From: Patescibacteria group bacterium
GTDB taxonomy: Bacteria; Patescibacteriota; Minisyncoccia; Phycocordibacterales; UBA9973
NCBI GenBank assembly: GCA_040390725.1
Contig: JAZJXT010000001.1
Location: forward strand, 6,896-70,895
DNA: 64,000 nt
Direction: 5' to 3'
Under the pieces are notes generated by a model. It was given only the letters and a program-made list of their open reading frames with translations, did not search any database and was not told the DNA's origin. Shown one piece after another: positions 56,844 to 64,000 of this stretch (the first letter of the stretch is position 1; the number at the start of each line of letters is the position of its first letter). A program made the translations under genes and the position numbers.

Positions 56844-57596
56844 TTATACTATTAAAAATACATCAATAGCTAAATGATCCGAAATCCTATCGGGAAGTAA
56901 TTTACAGTTTACTTTTAAATTTTGTGTTATAAATTTATTTACATAAATATGGTCAGTTTTTAATTTCACAGATATTCCTATTGACGCAAAAAAGTTTGCA
57001 ATTTTTGTTATAAAAAATGGTGTTTGTTCGGTATATCTACTGTCGAGAGTAGGACCTAATGTTTTGTTAATTCTTGAAAATTCCGGAGAAAGTATTTTTT
57101 CTTGGTTAGTAATTTCAAAAGGAAATCCAGTATTGAAGTCCCCGCCGATAACTATAGGATTATTTAAATTTTCTTCTAAAATTTTTGCTTTTATAATTTC
57201 CAACTGCTTTAATCGTTTGTGCGGTCTTAGCCCCGGGTGCAGGTGAATTGTACTTATAAATATTACCTCATTGTCTTTTGTAAATTTTCCACCAACAAAA
57301 CCCCAACCTCTGCGTGGCGAGTCAGTATTTAATATTGCAAATGACAAAAAAGTATCGTCAGTTAAAACAAATTCTTTTTTGTATAAAATACACACACCTG
57401 TATTTTCTCCTAAATTAGAATCGTAAGAGTTAAGTATTTTATAATTTTGAGAAGCGTTTTTTATTAAAACAATAATTTGTTCCGTTATCTCTTGTAAAAG
57501 TAAAAAATCATATTTTTCTTCTTTTAAAATATGAATAATAAAGTTTTCAAAATTTGGTTGGTATGCTTTTTGGCAATTGAGGGTGAAAATTTTCAT
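56844..57596 (-). CDS. endonuclease/exonuclease/phosphatase family protein
   Basis: TLN, LQE, GGDFN, DHIY, SDH. Confidence 0.9.
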   Translation of the reverse strand: MKIFTLNCQKAYQPNFENFIIHILKEEKYDFLLLQEITEQIIVLIKNASQNYKILNSYDSNLGENTGVCILYKKEFVLTDDTFLSFAILNTDSPRRGWGFVGGKFTKDNEVIFISTIHLHPGLRPHKRLKQLEIIKAKILEENLNNPIVIGGDFNTGFPFEITNQEKILSPEFSRINKTLGPTLDSRYTEQTPFFITKIANFFASIGISVKLKTDHIYVNKFITQNLKVNCKLLPDRISDHLAIDVFLIV

Positions 57597-57599
57597 TTT

Positions 57600-58394
57600 T
57601 TAATTAGAAACTTCTTTTGAAGTAAAATACTGATAAACATAAATAAAAGCTGGCACGCCAAATAGTATCCACGATAACTCTTCTATGGGAAAACTAAGAT
57701 CTCCAATATGGACCATTCCCAAATACTGACTACCGAGAAATCCCCATTGATGTGTTGCTAACGCGGAAAGTTCTATGATAAAAAGCATCATGCTGAACGG
57801 TAAACATTGTAGCCAAAGCTTACAAAAGCGCTTAGCTGATTTAAGAAGTCCAATAATGGTGGGTGTACAGAAGAAGATAAGAACAAACCATAGATAAAAA
57901 TACGGAATTGTTAGTAATTTACTGTTTGTGTAAAGTATGAAAATTTCAACAAAAAGAACGGTGAATAAAATAATTACAAATTTATTAAATCGAGGTAGAA
58001 TTTTTATTTGCAAATTTTGTTCAGTAAAAAAGTAATTATATAAAGACACAATTAAATATACATAGACAACTGCCCATATAACTGTTTCAAACGGAATTAA
58101 ATTAAAAATTCGTCTAGGAAAAACAGATGTCTCCCACCAGGCATTATTAAACAAAGCGAGACTGTCAGTCAAAAGAACAAATGGTAAACCCGTAAGCAAT
58201 GCGAACTTTGCGGTGGATTTAAATAAACTAGGACGACGAAATGTTATGTAAATTGAGGGAACCAAAAAATAAAGACCGGTAGAAATTAAATAATTCAGTT
58301 TAAAAGTAATAGTAAAGTAAGCAATAATAGCTGTATAAATGACTACTCCAATCAGCTCAATTATTTTTTTATTAGACCTAGGTATTGGAAACAT
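57600..58394 (-). CDS. membrane protein with tandem lycopene-cyclase-like domains
   Basis: two D/E..A....W.F/W.........P.E units (IPFET, FPIEE). Confidence 0.6.
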   Translation of the reverse strand: MFPIPRSNKKIIELIGVVIYTAIIAYFTITFKLNYLISTGLYFLVPSIYITFRRPSLFKSTAKFALLTGLPFVLLTDSLALFNNAWWETSVFPRRIFNLIPFETVIWAVVYVYLIVSLYNYFFTEQNLQIKILPRFNKFVIILFTVLFVEIFILYTNSKLLTIPYFYLWFVLIFFCTPTIIGLLKSAKRFCKLWLQCLPFSMMLFIIELSALATHQWGFLGSQYLGMVHIGDLSFPIEELSWILFGVPAFIYVYQYFTSKEVSN

Positions 58395-58483
58395 ATTTTT
58401 ATGATAGCCTATAAAAGTAATGAATTCAAGCTATAGTCTTAGATTAGATAAAAAGATTTGTGCAGTTGAGTTACAATAGTTTT

Positions 58484-59044
58484 TTACCTGCTTAAATATC
58501 TTCTTATAATTCTTTCTTTTGATTCTTGTTGCTTTGTTTTAGTTAGCATCTTTTCCCAGTCCCAAATCTTTCCACTGGGACCAAAAGCTTTGAGATAATA
58601 TTCAAGATAAATTTTAGGATTTATAAAAATAACATCATCTATTTTTTTCCAACCCAAAGCCATTTTATAATCATAGCCAATTCTGTGACCAATTGATCCT
58701 ATCCATTGATGAGCAAGAACGTTTCTCCAGTCGTGGATTGACTTGGCAATGGTGGAAAACTTAGTATCAGCAGTATCACCATCAACAAACTTTTTAAGAA
58801 ATAACTTATATCCTTTTAAACTAGTTTTATTAAACAATCCTTCAGAAATAGTAAGTGCCACCGAATGGACACCAAGAAACAGTAAAGACGTCTGATAGTT
58901 ATCTTGTTGAGCTGTTAGGGTAATTTCATTATTAAAGAAATTTGCTATTGAGTTAAGTAGGGTTGCAATAATTTCATATGGTGGACCGTTCTGAAATCTT
59001 TCTAGGCGTTTTTCTTTTGTTTCTCCGTGGGAATTATTTTTCAT
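58484..59044 (-). CDS. putative HEPN-domain protein
   Basis: WRNVLAH (RNxxxH). Confidence 0.55.
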   Translation of the reverse strand: MKNNSHGETKEKRLERFQNGPPYEIIATLLNSIANFFNNEITLTAQQDNYQTSLLFLGVHSVALTISEGLFNKTSLKGYKLFLKKFVDGDTADTKFSTIAKSIHDWRNVLAHQWIGSIGHRIGYDYKMALGWKKIDDVIFINPKIYLEYYLKAFGPSGKIWDWEKMLTKTKQQESKERIIRRYLSR

Positions 59045-59055
59045 TTCATTTAAAA

Positions 59056-60666
59056 TTAAAGTAGGTTTTCTTTCTTAGGAAGAAAACGACTTTCCATCGT
59101 ATTAAGTACTTGGATGCATTTTATGAGAATATCTTCAAAAACTACCCAAAGGTCTTTACTATCTATGTCAAAGAATTTTTTAATCTTTTCATAATTACTA
59201 CCTTTTAGATGAGCAACGCTTGTCGAACGCAAAGTTTGTAGGTTTCTAAAAAATTCAATCATTTTAGGCGCAGAAAATCCATGAGCCATAGAAAAAGCTT
59301 CAAACTTATCTATGCCTTTAGGATTAACTTTACTAATGGTTAACCCTTTTTTAAGTTCTTTTTCGTTGAGTGAGTCGATCATAATTTTTGTTATTGATGC
59401 TACCTGATCATCAAACTCTTTTTGCTCATTTGTCGTCGGAACATGAAGTGATTTCATGTGATGCGTATCACCAATAGATAGCGGTTTAAATAGATACCAT
59501 CCAAATTGTTTATTCCATGCCTCTTGAAAAATTTCAAATTTCTCTTTGAAATAAAGTTCTGGATGTTCAGAGTCTGCAAAATTACCTTCAATATTTCGTG
59601 TAAAATCTGCATGACTAATTTTTCTCCTACTTGGAGTGAGGTTAAAAGCTTTCCAGTGAGTCTGTTCCTTGTATGGCAAGGATTTTAAGTCTCCCAACCA
59701 TATTACCACGTGATCCCTATGATTAATCATAGCCCTTAAGCCCCAGAAACCTTCAAATTTTATATATCCATCTTCAACAGAATATTTACCTGGATTATCA
59801 TAGTATTTTTTGAGTACCTCTCGCTTAAAAAAGACTGGTGTTAGAAAACCAGGACTGGACTGATAATCAGTATTACAACTATAATTAACTTCTTTTCCAT
59901 TTTCATCTACTCCAATTATAAATTCTTCAAACTTTTCATCAGCTCTCGTTTGCCAAATAGTTGGATTAAAGTCTTTTAGTCCTGCAATCAATTTTTTACC
60001 AAGCAACCATCCCTGAGATTTATTATCACCTAAATTAAGACTTCGAATGCATAGTGAATAGGTATAATTATCTCCCTTTTTAATTTCGTCGATTTTTTGC
60101 TGATTTAATTCCTCGAGTGTTTTGTCTAAAAATCTCATGGCTTCAAAATAAATTGCGAGATGCATTTGTTTTGCTGATAAAAACTCTTTTATAAATTTTA
60201 ATTTGATTTCTACCTTATTCTTACTAATTTGAACAACTTCGTCTTCATCTCCATAGTCGTTAGTATAAGTAAATATTTTTTTATCATCGATGATTTTTTC
60301 AAAGAGATTAAAATACAACCGAAATTCTTCTGAGACCTCAAGACAGGCTTTTTCTTTACCACTAAATGATCTCCAATATACTAATGACTCTATACCTTCA
60401 TCGGAAAAACGATAATATTCAGTTTTTGATTTCCCCGCCAGATAGTGGGTCATAAAACCTGGACGTCCTCCATCGATTCGTAAATCCCAGTCGTATTTTT
60501 CCAAAACCTCTTTTACTTTATTATCAGCTATCAGTGCAGAAAAATAGGTACCCCTATCAATGTCAACGGAATCTAAAAATTCAAAAACTGTGACCCATTC
60601 CGTTTTTCCTAGATCACCTTCAATGTTTTTTATTAAATCGGTAAATTTTAAATCTTTTGTATTCAT
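59056..60666 (-). CDS. hypothetical protein with C-terminal HEPN-like motif
   Basis: LQTLRSTSVAH (Rx5H) near C terminus. Confidence 0.55.
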   Translation of the reverse strand: MNTKDLKFTDLIKNIEGDLGKTEWVTVFEFLDSVDIDRGTYFSALIADNKVKEVLEKYDWDLRIDGGRPGFMTHYLAGKSKTEYYRFSDEGIESLVYWRSFSGKEKACLEVSEEFRLYFNLFEKIIDDKKIFTYTNDYGDEDEVVQISKNKVEIKLKFIKEFLSAKQMHLAIYFEAMRFLDKTLEELNQQKIDEIKKGDNYTYSLCIRSLNLGDNKSQGWLLGKKLIAGLKDFNPTIWQTRADEKFEEFIIGVDENGKEVNYSCNTDYQSSPGFLTPVFFKREVLKKYYDNPGKYSVEDGYIKFEGFWGLRAMINHRDHVVIWLGDLKSLPYKEQTHWKAFNLTPSRRKISHADFTRNIEGNFADSEHPELYFKEKFEIFQEAWNKQFGWYLFKPLSIGDTHHMKSLHVPTTNEQKEFDDQVASITKIMIDSLNEKELKKGLTISKVNPKGIDKFEAFSMAHGFSAPKMIEFFRNLQTLRSTSVAHLKGSNYEKIKKFFDIDSKDLWVVFEDILIKCIQVLNTMESRFLPKKENLL

Positions 60667-60791
60667 TCTATATTTTTATAATAGCATTTTTTGCTAGAAA
60701 ATAAAGAGTTTTTTATGAATATTAGTTACCAACACTCTACCAACTGGGTCGCACTAGACTCCTGGAGCAAGTTGCGTCATTCATTAGGTAT

Positions 60792-62114
60792 ATGAATAAC
60801 ACAATATCAATACCAATTGGGACAATGGTAAAAGAAGTAGTCCCCGTAAGAGTAAAGTACTGTTTGTATGCAAGAAAATCAACGGAATCGGAAGAACGCC
60901 AAGTCCTATCAATCGATAGCCAAATAAAGGAAATGTTGCAGATGGCAGAAAGAGAAGGGCTTGAGATTGTAACAATGAAAAGAGAAAGTCACTCCGCCAA
61001 AGAAACAGGACAGCGACCAATCTTTAATGAAATAATAGAAGAACTAAGGCAAGAGAAATTTAACGGAATACTAACTTGGGCACCGGATAGAATAAGTAGA
61101 AATGCAGGCGACCTTGGTAAAATAGTAGATTTGATGGATTCAGGAAAACTTCATGAGATACGAACTTTTGGACAAAGATTTACAAACAGTCCAAGTGAAA
61201 AATTCTTGTTAATGATTTTAGGAAGTCAGGCAAAACTTGAAAATGACAACCGAGGAATAAATGTAAAAAGAGGATTACGCACACGAGCCGAGATGGGGCT
61301 ATGGGCAGGAATGGCACCATTGGGATATTTAAATCAAAATCGAATGGACAAGAAGTGTCAGGTAATAATTGATCCATTAAGAGGTCCGGTAATTAAAAGA
61401 ATGTTTGAAAAAGTCGCATATGAAAAGTATTCAGGAAGAAGGATATATAACTGGTTAAAATTTGAATTGAATTTTTACACAAGAGGAAATAAACCACTTA
61501 CCCTGAGTGGAATATACCGACTACTGGAAAACCCTTTTTACTACGGAGTGTTTGAAAAACCATTAAAGAGTGGAAATTGGTATCAAGGTAAACACGAACC
61601 TCTAATAACTCAAGAATTATTTGAAAAATCCAAAGCACAACTGAAGAGAGACAACATACAAAGAGAAAACAAAGAATTTGCATTTACCAAATTATTCACT
61701 TGTGGGTACTGCGGAAGTGGAATATCCGCAGAAGAAAAATGGAAACAACTTAAGAACGGAACAGATGCAAGATATATTTACTATTCTTGTAGTAGGGCAA
61801 GAGATAGGAATTGTAAAAACAAATATATACGAGAAGAAGAATTAATAACTGAATTGCTTAAAATTATAGACAAGGTAAATATTAATGAGCTTGGAATGAG
61901 GCAAAAACTCGAAGATGAAATTGCACGATTTAATATTTTTCAAAGGTCAGTATTGGGCAGTACGGATAAAATTAAAAATAATCAGGAGACGGACATACGA
62001 AATTATGCTAAATATATTCTCAAAGAAGGTTCGACGAGTGAGAAAAGAGAATTGCTTGGGAATTTGAGGAGTAGGATAGTTTATAAGGATAAGATACTTA
62101 CATTACTAAATTAA
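60792..62114 (+). CDS. large serine recombinase
   Basis: YARKST, SIDSQ, DRISRN, recombinase domain NPFYYG..HEPLI, zinc ribbon CGYCG..YYSC..C. Confidence 0.93.
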   Translation: MNNTISIPIGTMVKEVVPVRVKYCLYARKSTESEERQVLSIDSQIKEMLQMAEREGLEIVTMKRESHSAKETGQRPIFNEIIEELRQEKFNGILTWAPDRISRNAGDLGKIVDLMDSGKLHEIRTFGQRFTNSPSEKFLLMILGSQAKLENDNRGINVKRGLRTRAEMGLWAGMAPLGYLNQNRMDKKCQVIIDPLRGPVIKRMFEKVAYEKYSGRRIYNWLKFELNFYTRGNKPLTLSGIYRLLENPFYYGVFEKPLKSGNWYQGKHEPLITQELFEKSKAQLKRDNIQRENKEFAFTKLFTCGYCGSGISAEEKWKQLKNGTDARYIYYSCSRARDRNCKNKYIREEELITELLKIIDKVNINELGMRQKLEDEIARFNIFQRSVLGSTDKIKNNQETDIRNYAKYILKEGSTSEKRELLGNLRSRIVYKDKILTLLN

Positions 62115-63352
62115 GAATATTTGTTTTTATATTTATACTTTTTCTTTTGTAAATTTAAATGATATTGGTGAAATTTATCGTCGTCCTTTTCTGGATCTAA
62201 GCTCATTGCTTGAAATGACCTTCCTCTTCTGTGTGGACCAAATAAATGAGCAAATTCACCCTTGAACCAATTAAGAGTTCTATGCTCACTGTAAGTATTT
62301 GTTTCTTTGTTATAATCTGGATCTTCAGGTACTCTTCCGTATTCATCCATTGATCCTCCTGGTCCAGGCCCACCACCCCAGAATATTTCTCCTCCCAGGT
62401 GTATGGGGCGAGGGTCAGGCATTAATAAATAACCTTCACCGTATTTATTCCAATTTGATTTTGAAACATATTTTTCTGGATATAACCAATCTTTTTTTGC
62501 TCCAGCAATATGACGGAAAGCCCTATTTTTTATAATGAAATTTATTTCACGTACCTCTTGCTCATTTAAATGACGCATAGTTTGTATATCAGTAAATTTA
62601 AAAATTGCGTTGCGAAATAAGTTTGAATTTGGTCGAGGCTTAGTAGCGGATTGATATGGGTTTCGTACCCATGAAAGATTTGTAAGTATTAGTATCTTGT
62701 CTAAAGACAAAGGAAATATAGTATGACTACCTTGAAGAAATATATCAGGATCATTCGCATTTCGACATTGCTGGGACCTTGGTCCGCATTCACGATTATA
62801 TATAGTTATTGGATGGTCAGAAATAATAAATTTGGTTTCTGAATTAGAAGCATCAGCAATTAACCATACTGATTCGGTCCATATTGCACAATTCATTCTT
62901 CCAAGTGTTGTCATTGATGACAGTATATTATATTTATTATCAGTATTTAACTTGTCTTTAAGCCACGTCAAACCTTTTGGGGTTCTTAACTTTTGAGTAC
63001 TCATATAGATCATAATATCCTCAAAGTACGTTTTCCAGTCTTTGAGTGGATAAGCAAATTTTTCAAAATATTCCACAGCTTCTTGTCCTTTTCGGTCTAT
63101 TTTTCCGAAAAAGTATTTTTCAATATCTTTAGATTCAATAGACTGAATTTTTGTTGTATATAAATCCTTTTCCACAAAACATTTTTTAGATCCTTGTTTT
63201 ATAAGGGCTTTACTGTGGTACGGTATTTTATCAGGACTCATGAAAGTATTTGGTTTCATATCTAAGTAAAAAAGTTCCGACTCACTGGGTAACATAAACT
63301 TTTTTTGGTACCATTGAGGCACATAATGATGATTTTTATATTCTTCAGGCAT
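62111..63352 (-). CDS. DUF4238-like protein
   Basis: HHYVPQWY, QKLRTP, FIISDHP, FPLS. Confidence 0.8.
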   Translation of the reverse strand: MPEEYKNHHYVPQWYQKKFMLPSESELFYLDMKPNTFMSPDKIPYHSKALIKQGSKKCFVEKDLYTTKIQSIESKDIEKYFFGKIDRKGQEAVEYFEKFAYPLKDWKTYFEDIMIYMSTQKLRTPKGLTWLKDKLNTDNKYNILSSMTTLGRMNCAIWTESVWLIADASNSETKFIISDHPITIYNRECGPRSQQCRNANDPDIFLQGSHTIFPLSLDKILILTNLSWVRNPYQSATKPRPNSNLFRNAIFKFTDIQTMRHLNEQEVREINFIIKNRAFRHIAGAKKDWLYPEKYVSKSNWNKYGEGYLLMPDPRPIHLGGEIFWGGGPGPGGSMDEYGRVPEDPDYNKETNTYSEHRTLNWFKGEFAHLFGPHRRGRSFQAMSLDPEKDDDKFHQYHLNLQKKKYKYKNKYS

Positions 63353-63422
63353 TAACCTAATTTAGCATGATTTATAGAAAATGTTTATAAAATATTCTTT
63401 AACAGTATGGTATATTTAATCA

Positions 63423-64000
63423 ATGAAATATATATTTATTGGTTTTCTTGGGTGGCCAGAACCCGCAATGAAACAAGACGAAAGAATCTATGAAATAGAT
63501 AATGGCTTTGAATGTTGGAATTTGACTAAATTTTCTGCTACAGAATTTGTAGAAGCTATAAAAATTAAGATACCACCTTTTAATGATAATATTCTCAGAA
63601 ATTATATAAATAATGGAAAAGATTTTTATGGAATAAGTGAGGAGCAGTACGGTAAATGTCTTTGGGGTATTTTAGTTCCAGACCCAGATGAATTTTTTGT
63701 TGTGTATAAAGAAGTACTTTCTATTTTAAATCTTTTTTCAACAAAATATATGCATCCTGCTTTTTTTATTACAAACACAGGGATAAATAAAGGGGAAGAG
63801 TTTAATCAAAATTATGTTTTACCGAACGATTATCAAGGCTACGAATATTTTAAAACTTTAAGTTTTGTTTCTTTCTTTAAGACCATGGCTGATCAAATGA
63901 AGTACTTTGCTTGGGTTAGAAATAGAGTTACAAGTTGGGGAAAAGAAGACTGGCGACTATTTATGGCTTGTGGTTTTTATGAAGGGTTAGAAGAATACGA
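63423..64000 (+). CDS. hypothetical protein, truncated by window end (not in ORF track)
   Basis: MKYIFIGFLGWPEPAMKQDER... follows TGG-TATATT-6nt; appears to stay open toward the window edge. Confidence 0.55.
   Translation, partial: MKYIFIGFLGWPEPAMKQDERIYEIDNGFECWNLTKFSATEFVEAIKIKIPPFNDNILRNYINNGKDFYGISEEQYGKCLWGILVPDPDEFFVVYKEVLSILNLFSTKYMHPAFFITNTGINKGEEFNQNYVLPNDYQGYEYFKTLSFVSFFKTMADQMKYFAWVRNRVTSWGKEDWRLFMACGFYEGLEEY

Larger units (their letters stand above)
49760..64000. mobile_element. island-like accessory region; boundaries not resolved
   Basis: ParB-MTase/HTH pair, serine recombinase, mixed-strand orphans and defence-like genes next to a tRNA; no att pair found. Confidence 0.5.

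Overview
Low-GC bacterial chromosome segment using genetic code 11. It is most consistent with a Patescibacteria/CPR (Parcubacteria-like) genome; this is inferred from ribosomal-protein style, the lack of Shine-Dalgarno motifs and the gene families present. 1-19.5 kb: aminotransferase, tuf and the S10/spc ribosomal-protein cluster, split between rplB and rpsS by about 7.3 kb (orphans, proC-proB-proA, Cys-rich protein, DUF5674, VIT1) and cut after rplE by ftsH, followed by tRNA-Ile with a UAU anticodon. 19.6-40.6 kb: type IV pilus locus led by a 3121-aa secreted repeat protein, with six prepilin-type proteins, PilB, PilC, a kinase and regulator, and an inserted hicBA plus orphans. 40.7-49.6 kb: lipoprotein, recG, two-component pair, ZIP transporter, malic enzyme and tRNA-Ser with an ACU anticodon wrapped in tRNA-derived structured repeats. 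49.7-64 kb: island-like region with a ParB-methyltransferase, large serine recombinase, HEPN-motif and DUF4238 genes and two structured RNA leaders. The most notable signals are two rare-anticodon tRNAs with self-derived flanking repeats, orphan cassettes bounded by short direct repeats and carrying a DnaA-box/G10 promoter, a palindrome family (one different hairpin lies in frame inside recG), a giant adhesin sharing a domain with a minor pilin, and a strict TANNNT-N6-ATG leaderless signature. All family calls come from reading motifs by eye, not from database searches.
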